DNA of 34,045 bases from a bacterium (GCA_043744615.1 JAYTUJ010000012.1:1-34045); one strand, 5' to 3'; positions 1 through 8,949 are shown, counted from the stretch's first letter. Translations and numbers: made by a program. The notes: a model not told the origin generated them from the letters alone.

Positions 1-2
1 CC

Positions 3-143
3 TTCTTAGGATCCCAAGGAGATATTTGGGATGCTCAAAAAGATATGTGGATGGATACTCTTGGTGCAATTTCTGCACTCATCTTTTTTACAATTATACA
101 TTATTTTTCAAAAACAAAAAACAATTCTACGAAAATTGTTTAA
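3..143 (+). CDS. 3' end of DUF2238 (YjdF-like) inner membrane protein, partial
   Basis: Frame starting at base 3 reads FLGSQGDIWDAQKDMWMDTLGA...TKIV-stop(141-143); FLGxQGDxWDAQxDM is the family hallmark. Not in the ORF track. Confidence 0.8.
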   Translation, partial: FLGSQGDIWDAQKDMWMDTLGAISALIFFTIIHYFSKTKNNSTKIV

Positions 144-924
144 TATTCCACGCATACAATGCAACAGCAGTAGACGCAGAAACATTCAATGATTCACACT
201 GTGGGTCCATCGGAATAGACAATAAGACATCACAGAGTTCTCGAGTTTTTAATCGGATTCCTTTTGCTTCGTTTCCTAAAATAAAAACAGTTGATGCATC
301 AAACTTTTCATCAACAATACTTTGTTTTGATTCCCCTTCAAGACCATATATCCAAAATCCTTTTTCTTTTAAGTCGCGAACGAGTGTATTTATATTAGTA
401 ACTGAAATCAATGGAACTCGAAACGCCATTCCTGCAGAAACTTTTACAACAGTACCTGTTACGGGTGCTTGATTATGTTGTGGAATAAAAATTCCTGAAA
501 TTCCAAATGCTGCAGCAGAACGAATAATCGCTCCAACATTATGAGGGTCTTGTAATTCACCTAAAATAATTAAAGCTGTTTTTGGAGTAACAACAAGTGT
601 GTCTAGAAACTCTTTTTGAGAAATTACTAATGACTCGAGTTTGATTGAAGCGATGATTCCTTGATGCACCGTAGGTGCATCACTTTCTCTTGCAAGTTCT
701 GCTGGCAACGCATCGGCATTAAGTTTTGCAGTCGCAATAGAATTATCTTTTATTAATTCTAAAATTTTCACATCGTCAAAATAAGGAGCAGTAAATATTT
801 TTTCAATTGCTTGAGGTTTATTTTTTATCGCTTCTTCAACCGCATGTTTTCCATAGACATGTGTTATTTTTGCAGGCACAGATGCGTGAGAAAAATTATT
901 TTTTACAAATGATGGTTTATGCAT
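127..924 (-). CDS. rlmB: 23S rRNA 2'-O-ribose methyltransferase, TrmH/SpoU family
   Basis: SPOUT motifs QDPHNVGAIIRSA, ILGNEAKG, ESLNVS; N-terminal YGKHAVEE substrate-binding domain. Start moved to ATG 924 to avoid overlap with the upstream gene. Confidence 0.9.
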   Translation of the reverse strand: MHKPSFVKNNFSHASVPAKITHVYGKHAVEEAIKNKPQAIEKIFTAPYFDDVKILELIKDNSIATAKLNADALPAELARESDAPTVHQGIIASIKLESLVISQKEFLDTLVVTPKTALIILGELQDPHNVGAIIRSAAAFGISGIFIPQHNQAPVTGTVVKVSAGMAFRVPLISVTNINTLVRDLKEKGFWIYGLEGESKQSIVDEKFDASTVFILGNEAKGIRLKTRELCDVLLSIPMDPQCESLNVSASTAVALYAWNIKQFS

Positions 925-929
925 TGGTT

Positions 930-1922
930 TTATAATAGTACTGTTGGCGACGCAGAAATATGGGCAAGAAAAGCGCATAAAATGAGCCAGAAAATAATAA
1001 GGAGTCCGTAATACGTATGTCGAATATGAATTTTATGGGCGTGTTTAAGAAAGAATACAAAGAAGACAGAAACCAAAACAAGCAATACTACCAATGTAAT
1101 TCGTAATATTTTATATGGTTGTGTGAAAAGAAAAAATGTTGTTGCAAAGCTTGGTTTGGGTACCTGAGAAACATCTTCACTTGTTGTTGAAATACCAAGT
1201 ACTGATGATGTACTTATTTTTTGGAGTGCAAGAACACTTGTCGATGCAATTTTTGTTGACGAAGCAGTTGTTGTTGCGATTGTTGTTGTAGTTGTTGACG
1301 CCGTTGAAATCCCCACAGAAATAGAAGTGGAAGCGACTGCAACAACAGGCATTGTTACATTATTTTTTGGAGAACCAAACATTTGAACCACAAACACAAC
1401 TTCTCTTCCATTTACATTTCCTTTGATTGTTGCAACACCAACTTCTGAAAACTTTTCATTTAAAAGATTTGCTCGGTGTGTTGGAGATTTCATCCATGCA
1501 TCAGTCACATCAGATGAATCTGAAAAGTTAATAGCCAAATTTTCACCGGCATAATGATACGAGTATCCTGTTTGTTTGATCCAATACCACGGAGTTGTTC
1601 CGTCAGGGCTTATGTGTGCAAAATATCCTTTTGCAAGCATGTCTTGTGCTTTTGCTTGAGCTGCTTCTTCGAGCAATGTGCTTTTTTTAAGTTCAGGAAG
1701 AGACTGCGCTGCACGGTCTTCATTAGTTAACGCAACGATGACTGAAGGATAAATTGCTGAAAGTGAAATATCAGAATTTACAATATCGCGTGCAATGTTA
1801 GTTGCACCAAATAATCCGATAGTTAATAAAAAAACAACTACCAAACCAATCTCTTGAAAAAGATGGGGTGTGTAGTTGTTTTCTGTGTGTGCAATAACTG
1901 CTTTTTTGAGAAATTTTTTCAT
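930..1922 (-). CDS. CAP/SCP domain membrane protein
   Basis: YFAHISPDG, AGENLA, WMKSPTHRANLL motifs; N-terminal TM, Ser/Thr-rich linker, two C-terminal TMs. Confidence 0.9.
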   Translation of the reverse strand: MKKFLKKAVIAHTENNYTPHLFQEIGLVVVFLLTIGLFGATNIARDIVNSDISLSAIYPSVIVALTNEDRAAQSLPELKKSTLLEEAAQAKAQDMLAKGYFAHISPDGTTPWYWIKQTGYSYHYAGENLAINFSDSSDVTDAWMKSPTHRANLLNEKFSEVGVATIKGNVNGREVVFVVQMFGSPKNNVTMPVVAVASTSISVGISTASTTTTTIATTTASSTKIASTSVLALQKISTSSVLGISTTSEDVSQVPKPSFATTFFLFTQPYKILRITLVVLLVLVSVFFVFFLKHAHKIHIRHTYYGLLIIFWLILCAFLAHISASPTVLL

Positions 1923-1971
1923 GTTGTTTTGAAACTACATATTGGTTACTTCTCAACCAATTATACGCTAT

Positions 1972-2874
1972 TTATTTGAGTGAAGGAAAAGGAAATGTTG
2001 TTGCACAATTATTTGATTTTGAATTAACAAACCAAAGAGTTGTTTTGTATACGTATCCTGTTGATTCTAATACTGTTGCAATTCCAGCATCAACCCAAGG
2101 TTTCAAAATTTCAGTTGCATATTTTGCTTGAAATTGTTTTACCGCAGCCTCAGTTTTCTTTCCAAAAAATCCTGTAACAGGAATTGTAAGATTTAATTCT
2201 TTGTTTAAAAACTTCTGAAGTCGTATTACATCTTCTATTTTATTTTTTTGACCAAACTTCATAAATGAAGAAATGTATGGGGTACAAACACCTGAATTTG
2301 TTGAAGATGCTTCATCAGAAGTAAAGGCACCGAGTACTGACCCTCCCGTTGGTAAACCAGAACCAGAGTGAGATCGTCCACTTGTGTGTGAAGTTGGAGC
2401 GGGTGGAGTCGGAGTTGTTTCAGGCGTCGATGTTGCTTCAGGTTCGATATTTGAAATACAGATTCCACTTTCTTCATCTCCTACAAAATGAAAACCTTCT
2501 GGAAGAACTGATTGTGATCCTTCGATATTTGAACAAACATCTGTCATTGGAGGAGGGATAATTGGCGAACATTCACCATCATCAATAACAAAACCTTCTG
2601 GAACAGATTCTTGGTCTCCTTCAAGATTAGGGCAGACATCTACCGGTTCATCGACAACGACATAAAATTCCATACATCCTGGATCACTGGCATCGACAAG
2701 AGTATTTTCGTCATTATCAATTTCGTCGTGACAAAGTTCTGAAGTATTTTCTACAACAGGAGATTCTTCTACTGATGCAAATGTTGATTGAACAGCAAAA
2801 AGAGCTGAGCTCGACAAAAGAATTGCGATTAATAAAAATGCTTTAAAAAGCTTAATAAATTTGATATTTTTCAT
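1972..2874 (-). CDS. Secreted protein with acidic Cys/Asp repeats and C-terminal peptidoglycan-binding domain
   Basis: Signal peptide; two DVCxNxEGxQxxxPEG repeats; LQKFLN...TGFFGKKTEAAVKQFQ is PG_binding_1-like. Confidence 0.8.
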   Translation of the reverse strand: MKNIKFIKLFKAFLLIAILLSSSALFAVQSTFASVEESPVVENTSELCHDEIDNDENTLVDASDPGCMEFYVVVDEPVDVCPNLEGDQESVPEGFVIDDGECSPIIPPPMTDVCSNIEGSQSVLPEGFHFVGDEESGICISNIEPEATSTPETTPTPPAPTSHTSGRSHSGSGLPTGGSVLGAFTSDEASSTNSGVCTPYISSFMKFGQKNKIEDVIRLQKFLNKELNLTIPVTGFFGKKTEAAVKQFQAKYATEILKPWVDAGIATVLESTGYVYKTTLWFVNSKSNNCATTFPFPSLK

Positions 2875-2942
2875 AGCAGGAATTGTAACATGATAGACAA
2901 AAATGTCAAGACGTGGCTAAATGGATTGTGTATAGTAAAAAT

Positions 2943-2981
2943 TAAAAAAGAAAGCCTCGGTCCGCAAAATGCAGACCGAGG
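2943..2981 (-). terminator. Rho-independent terminator of 3013..3912
   Basis: Minus strand CCTCGGTCTGC-ATTTT-GCGGACCGAGG followed by CTTTCTTTTTT. Confidence 0.85.
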
Positions 2982-3012
2982 ACTTATATTCTTCAAATAA
3001 ACTTCCCTACCC

Positions 3013-3912
3013 TTAAGGGGTAGTGGTGCGGACCGGATACCGGATTCGCACAAAACACTTTTGCTCTGTTGAGGTTAGTGGCCACGAAGTTGTAATTCGT
3101 GACGAATTTGGTCCTGTCGAGACCGTATTCACAACCAAGACAGGTGTCCAGACAGCAGACACAAGATCGTTGCAGACCTCGAGACTGTAATTTGGGTGCA
3201 TGACCCCTTGAACCAAAAACGTTGCCGTTGATGACGGAGGGTTTGCTGGGTCAAATGAGATGTTTGGTAAAACCATAACCGTCGCGGGTTGATCAGTAAA
3301 ACTAAACGGAACATTTGTGCCGTTAACTGTCGCAGAACCTACAAACGTAAACAGAATTTCATAACGCTCCCCTGGAAGCAAAGTGAATTTAGGAAACGTT
3401 GCTGCTGGGTTAGCACTCAGTGGAATCACTTGATCAAGGATTTCGATCATCGCAGCACCGGCCGTAATATTTGTGCCGACAACTGGGCGATTGTTGACTG
3501 CTGTCAAAATTACTCCTGTGCTATCTTTCGCCACAATTACCGGTGAACTCGTCTGATTGAAGACTCCGTATGAACTATTTACAACAGTTGTAACCACACC
3601 TGTGATCACATTCCTTTTTGTTATTTTGAAAGACGCCGTGGTAAAAACCAACGAAGATGTGTTCTTACGAAGTCCGTTTTCTTCCACCATCACTACTGCC
3701 GAAAAATGTAACTGTGTCGATTGAGTGGTTGTGAAGTCTTTTGGTTTTAACGACGTGACTGGAAGATTTCCTGTCAGAAGTTCGTTTTCAAAAGACGCAC
3801 TGTCTGCAACCGCTGCAGTATTGAGTGTAATTACCGGTGCCTGAGCCGAGGCATTATTGACGTTAAGCCAGCTTAGAAAAGCCGCTAGAGTAATGAGGAC
3901 GATGTTTTTCAT
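3013..3912 (-). CDS. Secreted hypothetical protein, beta-rich
   Basis: Signal peptide ending ASA-QA; Thr/Val-rich; C-terminal YSLEVCNDL...W...FVRIR motif; own terminator. Confidence 0.75.
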   Translation of the reverse strand: MKNIVLITLAAFLSWLNVNNASAQAPVITLNTAAVADSASFENELLTGNLPVTSLKPKDFTTTQSTQLHFSAVVMVEENGLRKNTSSLVFTTASFKITKRNVITGVVTTVVNSSYGVFNQTSSPVIVAKDSTGVILTAVNNRPVVGTNITAGAAMIEILDQVIPLSANPAATFPKFTLLPGERYEILFTFVGSATVNGTNVPFSFTDQPATVMVLPNISFDPANPPSSTATFLVQGVMHPNYSLEVCNDLVSAVWTPVLVVNTVSTGPNSSRITTSWPLTSTEQKCFVRIRYPVRTTTP

Positions 3913-4068
3913 TTGTGTGTGTTTCTGTGTTTGAATTTATTGTTGATGTGTTTGGTTTTTCTGAAATTGGAAACATTCATTCGTCTTAATTCGCATCCGC
4001 GAAACAAGCATCTGGGCTAGCTTTTTTAGCTATTTATTTGAAGATGTGAATGAACGTACCAAACGTGA

Positions 4069-4095
4069 CTATATAATCTTTTTGAAAAAAGTCAA
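4069..4095 (-). promoter_or_regulatory. Probable sigma70 promoter for 3013..3912
   Basis: Minus strand TTGACT-N16-TATAGT, back to back with the promoter of the 4116 gene. Confidence 0.5.
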
Positions 4096-4115
4096 TATTA
4101 TGTTATAGTCTGAAC

Positions 4116-4970
4116 ATGGCACGAAATAAGTTCTCCTCTAAAAAAGACACGCTGGGAAAACCTCAGCGACGAAAAGGTGAAAAAAATAGAAATAAGTTTT
4201 CAAAAGGCAAAAAAACAAGCCCTGGGTTTTGGAATGCAGAATACAATACTCAAAATAATACAAAAGCTGTTGACGCTCCCCACCTTGCTCTTTCAAACAA
4301 TCCAAGTACTGACATGATTAAGTTTTTAAGGTGGTTTGAAACTGAATACAAAGAAGATTACTTACACATCGGTTCAACGGTTGCCGATCTTGGATGTGGA
4401 AACGGAAGAAATTTAATTTATCTTGCACAAACATTTGGTATCGTTGGTTTTGGTTGTGATATTTCTAAAGAAGCGATTTCTGTTGCAAAAAGATTGAGTT
4501 CAGAAATTACAATACGAGATGAGAGAGGAAGAAGTTTGGGGCAGCGCGAAGCGCTGCCCCTCGATTACGCAATTCAATCAATCACAAACCCTATTCCCCT
4601 TCCCAACGAATCTCAAAACTTAGTTCTTGATATGATGACGTCACATTTTCTTAATCAAGAACAACGAACTAAATTTATCAACGAAGTTTTGCGAATATTA
4701 AAACCAGACGGTTGGCTTTACTTTAAGACTTTTTTACTCGATGAAGACAAACATGCAGAGCGATTAATTAAAGAATTTCCTGCTCTAGAAAAGAATTCGT
4801 ACATACATCCTCAAATCGGTGTCGCCGAGCATGTATTTACGGAAGAAGAAATTCGAGGTATGCTCGAAGAACATTTTATCATTTATCACGTGCGCAAATC
4901 ACAACAGCATATCCAAAACGGAAAAGCTGCACGTCGAAGAAGTATTTCAATATATGCACAAAAAAAATAA
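4116..4970 (+). CDS. Class I SAM-dependent methyltransferase
   Basis: VADLGCGNGRN motif I, GCDIS, RILKPDG; basic N-terminal tail. Confidence 0.88.
   Translation: MARNKFSSKKDTLGKPQRRKGEKNRNKFSKGKKTSPGFWNAEYNTQNNTKAVDAPHLALSNNPSTDMIKFLRWFETEYKEDYLHIGSTVADLGCGNGRNLIYLAQTFGIVGFGCDISKEAISVAKRLSSEITIRDERGRSLGQREALPLDYAIQSITNPIPLPNESQNLVLDMMTSHFLNQEQRTKFINEVLRILKPDGWLYFKTFLLDEDKHAERLIKEFPALEKNSYIHPQIGVAEHVFTEEEIRGMLEEHFIIYHVRKSQQHIQNGKAARRRSISIYAQKK
4538..4560. repeat. Perfect GC-rich inverted repeat inside a CDS
   Basis: GGGGCAGCGC-GAA-GCGCTGCCCC, 10-bp stem with 3-nt loop. Confidence 0.9.
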
Positions 4971-5850
4971 CTCACAAAAAAATACATCACGTGGCAAAAA
5001 AACACCTTCACGTTCTTTTGATGCACGTAAACCTAAACCGTCTTCACGATCGAAACCAATAACACGAGCAGGTACAAAAACCGCTCCGAAAGTTTTTACT
5101 GTTTTTAAAAAAGCAATTCATAAAGCCCCTAATGAAACTCCTGAATTTCCAATGCGTTTAAATCGCTATCTATCATGGAAAGGAATCGAAACTCGTCGAG
5201 GAGCCGATGAACTTATTGAACGAGGAAAAGTAACTGTTAACGGAATCGTTGCTAATGTTGGGATGAAAGTAAATGAAACCGACATTATCGATGTGCGAGG
5301 AACCAAAAAAAGTTCTGATTATGTGTATCTTGCTTACAACAAACCTTCTGGTGTTGTAACTCATTCTGCGCAACAAGGTGAACTTGATATTTTGCGTTCG
5401 ATAAAAAGTTCGACACTTCCTAAAAACGTATTTCCTTTAGGACGACTCGACAAACAATCACGAGGATTAATTATTCTTACCAACGATGGCAGAATTACCG
5501 ACAAATTACTTAACCCAATTTTTATTCACGAAAAAGAATACGTTGTTGAAACTGGAAAAGATTTGCGAAATAATTTTAAAGAAAAAATGGAAGGCGGAGT
5601 AACTCTTGAAGATGGCTATATTACAAAACCTTGCCGAGTAACAATTTTAGATACCCGAAAATTTTCTGTCGTATTAAGTGAAGGAAAAAAACATCAAATT
5701 CGCCGTATGTGTGTTGCTCTTTTTAATGAAGTAAAAGATTTGCAACGAGTACGAATTATGAATATCGCACTTGGCAAACTTGCTTCAAATAATTATCGAA
5801 AAATCGACGGCGCCGAATTGATAGAATTCAAAAAAGAGTTGGGCTTTTAG
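4954..5850 (+). CDS. rRNA pseudouridine synthase, RsuA/RluB/E/F family with S4 domain
   Basis: MRLNRYLS...RRGADELI S4 domain, catalytic GRLD, EGKKHQIRRM. ATG 4954 preferred over the track start 4819. Confidence 0.93.
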   Translation: MHKKNNSQKNTSRGKKTPSRSFDARKPKPSSRSKPITRAGTKTAPKVFTVFKKAIHKAPNETPEFPMRLNRYLSWKGIETRRGADELIERGKVTVNGIVANVGMKVNETDIIDVRGTKKSSDYVYLAYNKPSGVVTHSAQQGELDILRSIKSSTLPKNVFPLGRLDKQSRGLIILTNDGRITDKLLNPIFIHEKEYVVETGKDLRNNFKEKMEGGVTLEDGYITKPCRVTILDTRKFSVVLSEGKKHQIRRMCVALFNEVKDLQRVRIMNIALGKLASNNYRKIDGAELIEFKKELGF

Positions 5851-6635
5851 TCTTGTTTAAATTTATTAGTAAGTTTATCTGCTTTATCTTTTGCATCTAA
5901 CTTACGTACCTCTCTAACAAATATTTCATCAAAAATACAAGTTAAAATATCATAAGCATCTAGCAAATCTTCTTTTTCTGGTGATTCATCTTTATGACTA
6001 CTTTCATTACCTAACCACTTAATACCTATCAACATATCGGCTAAATCTTTATATTTTTGATTTTCGATAGAACCAAATTTTTCAATTCTAGCGTGTAAAC
6101 TCAAAAATACATCTTCTCCTTTTTTATTTATAGTTTTAGAATCAATATTTTTTTCGTGTAAAATTAATTCAATTGCTTTTCTAATTTTATTCCCTGCCGA
6201 TGAAACATCGTGCCAAAACAAAGAAAAAGAACTAACGAGCATATCCTTAATGCCGTCAGGAACTTCTTTGGGTATATCAATAATATTTATAGGAGGATCT
6301 ATGTATTTAATTGAATAGTGGCATTTTAATTCTGGACCAAAATCAATACTATCTTCAGCAAAAGAAGGCCATTGATCTTCTTTAAGATAACCTGTTCCTG
6401 CTGCAATAGAAATTTCGGTACAATGTTTACATTTTAAAAAAGTAATAAACTTAAAATCTAACGCTTCAAAATCATTAATACTATCTGCAATACCTGAGGA
6501 AGTATTTGTTGATTTTGATTGAAAAGTATCTTTACATATTTCCAACAAACCACTTTCACATAAAATACATTTTAATTTAAGAAAAAAAGACTCTTTTTCA
6601 AAAGGCTTTAGATATGTATCTCGATCTATTTTCAT
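5847..6635 (-). CDS. DUF4145 (HEPN-like) domain protein
   Basis: Two N-terminal CxxC pairs; IRKAIELIL, LHARIE, KWLGNESSH match the DUF4145 pattern. Confidence 0.75.
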   Translation of the reverse strand: MKIDRDTYLKPFEKESFFLKLKCILCESGLLEICKDTFQSKSTNTSSGIADSINDFEALDFKFITFLKCKHCTEISIAAGTGYLKEDQWPSFAEDSIDFGPELKCHYSIKYIDPPINIIDIPKEVPDGIKDMLVSSFSLFWHDVSSAGNKIRKAIELILHEKNIDSKTINKKGEDVFLSLHARIEKFGSIENQKYKDLADMLIGIKWLGNESSHKDESPEKEDLLDAYDILTCIFDEIFVREVRKLDAKDKADKLTNKFKQD

Positions 6636-6863
6636 TTACTTATTTATTATTTTTAAATACTCTTCTCTTGATATATCAAGCACTCTTAAATTATTTAGTA
6701 TAATAAAAGCAGGAAGTGAACTATCCCGTGGAATTACTATAGGTCTTTTTATACCTTTTTTCCAATAAATACGATGATCGCCTTTTTCTCTTTTAAACTC
6801 ACAGCCGACAGCAATAAGAAAACTTTCAAATTTTTTCCAATGTATTGATTGGATACGTGGCAT
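6636..6863 (-). CDS. hicA: HicA family toxin (mRNA interferase)
   Basis: 75 aa, basic, L..VG.EFKREKGDH motif with conserved His, VIP. Confidence 0.85.
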   Translation of the reverse strand: MPRIQSIHWKKFESFLIAVGCEFKREKGDHRIYWKKGIKRPIVIPRDSSLPAFIILNNLRVLDISREEYLKIINK

Positions 6864-6869
6864 AAAAAC

Positions 6870-7154
6870 TTAAGCAAGCAAAGGAACCCGAAGGCCAATA
6901 GACATTGAAGACACTATTTGAGGAGGAGTCCATTGTTTTTGCACTTTCTTCCAACCTAATTCAGATAAGACATCATCGGCAGTTTTAGCCTCAAAAATTT
7001 CTTCCAAAAAAACACTTACGAGTTCGACAAATCGAGCTTTTACTTCTTTTTCTGATTTACCCGAAGTAGAAATATCGAGCGCAGGAGTATGTGCCACAAA
7101 ACGCTTATTTTGCTTGGTTATTACGACAGGTAAATTAAAAGATAGTTGTTTCAT
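6870..7154 (-). CDS. hicB: HicB-like antitoxin without a DNA-binding domain
   Basis: FVAHTPALDISTSGKSEKE partial RNase H fold; directly upstream of hicA. Confidence 0.75.
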   Translation of the reverse strand: MKQLSFNLPVVITKQNKRFVAHTPALDISTSGKSEKEVKARFVELVSVFLEEIFEAKTADDVLSELGWKKVQKQWTPPQIVSSMSIGLRVPLLA

Positions 7155-7208
7155 ATATAAAATATAGCAGAGTTAATCAATGTTTACAATCAAAAAGTTC
7201 TAAAATCT

Positions 7209-7547
7209 TTATATAATCTTTTTAACATATTGCATAATTCTTTCTCGGTCTTCATTTTCTTTATCGCCTTTAAAATATAGTTCAATAAAGATAAATTCTA
7301 TTTTATCTTTATGGTATGCGTATATCAATCTTATTACTCTTGATCGGAGTGATTCGCAGTGAACACGAGCTTTGACTATTTTTATCTCTCCTACTGTTTT
7401 GATAATAGTAAAATTTTTACCAATCCCTGTCGGGCTAATCATAAGAATAGGCTTGATGTCTAGAATATCACTTTCAAGAGTTGGATATTTTTTTGAAAGC
7501 TTTTTGATTTCCTTATCGAATTCTGGTAGTTGGAAAAAATGAGACAT
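7209..7547 (-). CDS. RelE/ParE superfamily toxin-like protein
   Basis: EFDKEIKKLSKKY N-terminus, KARV, RLIYAY, IELYFKGDKEN; directly downstream of the Panacea gene. Confidence 0.7.
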   Translation of the reverse strand: MSHFFQLPEFDKEIKKLSKKYPTLESDILDIKPILMISPTGIGKNFTIIKTVGEIKIVKARVHCESLRSRVIRLIYAYHKDKIEFIFIELYFKGDKENEDRERIMQYVKKII

Positions 7548-7552
7548 ATATT

Positions 7553-8281
7553 CTATTCTGCTGAGAGAGAGGTTTCATCTGGTCGATAAAAAACATGGCG
7601 GTAATTTAGAATCGTTTTATCTTTAGCTACTCTCCATGGAGTATCGATGTGCGACAAGTCAGAAAGCTCTTTTGCCGTTTTTGAAGCAAGTCGCTCAAGC
7701 TCAGTATCTATATGCTTTAATTCTGACGCACTCAAAAAAGATACCTCTGGATCATTTGTAACTAAATATTTTTTTTGGTCATACTTAAAAAATTTACTAT
7801 TGACCTCGACAAGTTGACGACTATTTTGAAGTTCACGAGAGATCTTTGCAAATGAAACAGGACTTGGTCCATGTGTATTTTTTATATAAGTAGCTCCAAT
7901 CAAATACTGCTGAGTTTTTTCATAGTAATCAAAATCGATAAAATAAAGTAATTTATACAAAGCTGTCTGGCCTATATTTGGACGGTTGCCGACTTTGCTC
8001 ACCACATATAACAGTACCTGTTTAAATTTTTCAATATTTTCTTTTGGAATTTCTTTCACTATTACTTCTTGAGTAAGAAGACTTTGTTGATTAGAATTTT
8101 TCTCTAATGTTTCTTTAGATATACCAAAAATACTTGCAAAAAGTGCCTTTTGATCTTCTGTAGGTTTTGTCTCCCCCTTCTCAAGTTTGAGATATGTAGG
8201 ACGAGATATACCAAGACTTTGTGCAACTTGAAGTTGAGAAAGACCTGACTTTTTACGATTAATTTGGATATATGTAGACAT
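7553..8281 (-). CDS. XRE HTH + DUF4065 (Panacea/SocA/GepA) antitoxin
   Basis: GLSQLQVAQSLGISRPTY HTH; LYKLLYFIDF, HGP, LSHIDTPW motifs. ATG 8281 is supported by an extended -10 six nt upstream. Confidence 0.88.
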   Translation of the reverse strand: MSTYIQINRKKSGLSQLQVAQSLGISRPTYLKLEKGETKPTEDQKALFASIFGISKETLEKNSNQQSLLTQEVIVKEIPKENIEKFKQVLLYVVSKVGNRPNIGQTALYKLLYFIDFDYYEKTQQYLIGATYIKNTHGPSPVSFAKISRELQNSRQLVEVNSKFFKYDQKKYLVTNDPEVSFLSASELKHIDTELERLASKTAKELSDLSHIDTPWRVAKDKTILNYRHVFYRPDETSLSAE

Positions 8282-8308
8282 ACATACAATGTAACACGAC
8301 ATCGTATA

Positions 8309-8346
8309 CTTTACAAATTTACCTTACATAGTGTAAAAATGTAAAG
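8309..8346. promoter_or_regulatory. Nested TTACA/TGTAA inverted repeats, candidate operator
   Basis: CTTTACA(8309-15)...TGTAAAG(8340-46) enclosing TTACA-TAG-TGTAA(8324-36), just upstream of the HTH-Panacea gene. Confidence 0.5.
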
Positions 8347-8349
8347 ACT

Positions 8350-8916
8350 TTAATATTTTCTGATGACTCCTTTAACAACGGCGGCAATTCTAAAATTTTC
8401 TTTTGGATAAATTGGTTTAAAATCTTTATTTGCTGGTTCAAGATATAATTGAGCTCCTTTTTTGCGAAGATACTTCATTGTCCAGCCACCATCGACTTCT
8501 GCAATTACAATATCTCCTATTTTTGGTTCTTGCTTTCGTTCTACAATAACAAGATCACCTTCTTTGATTCCTTCGTCTATCATTGAATCCCCTTTTACTT
8601 CAAGAATATAACTTGCTTCTTTGTGCTCAATTAAATAATCGTCAATACTGAGTGTATCTTTAAAATCGGAATCAGCCATTGTTGGAATTCCCGCTTCAAC
8701 CAAACCAAGAAAAGGAACTTCATTAAATGCTCGATTAGGAGTTAACTTACCATTTGAATCTTTGGATACAATATCCATGTCTACAAGTTTTTGTATTAAT
8801 TTATATACAGCATTTTTTGATTTGAAACCAGTAAGTTCCATAATCTCTTTGTATCCGGGCATTCGCTTGTTTTTTTGATAAAAAGCGATGAACTTGTTTT
8901 TGTATTCTTCGATCAT
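8350..8916 (-). CDS. lexA: LexA SOS repressor
   Basis: N-terminal wHTH (PGYKEIMELTGFKS), Ala-Gly cleavage site VEAG, catalytic Ser in GDSM and Lys in WTMK. Confidence 0.93.
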   Translation of the reverse strand: MIEEYKNKFIAFYQKNKRMPGYKEIMELTGFKSKNAVYKLIQKLVDMDIVSKDSNGKLTPNRAFNEVPFLGLVEAGIPTMADSDFKDTLSIDDYLIEHKEASYILEVKGDSMIDEGIKEGDLVIVERKQEPKIGDIVIAEVDGGWTMKYLRKKGAQLYLEPANKDFKPIYPKENFRIAAVVKGVIRKY

Positions 8917-8949
8917 ATAAATAATAGTATCAAAATTTAAGAGTTCATG

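Noticed and set aside
26-472. 148-aa plus-strand ORF and the other short antisense or nested ORFs in the track (e.g. 16324..16665, 22152..22457, 28855..29154, 31536..31910)
   Set aside because: They overlap well-supported genes and have no motifs; these are shadow ORFs.
1140-1350. GTT-rich low-complexity tract as a repeat element
   Set aside because: Explained by the Ser/Thr linker of the CAP protein.
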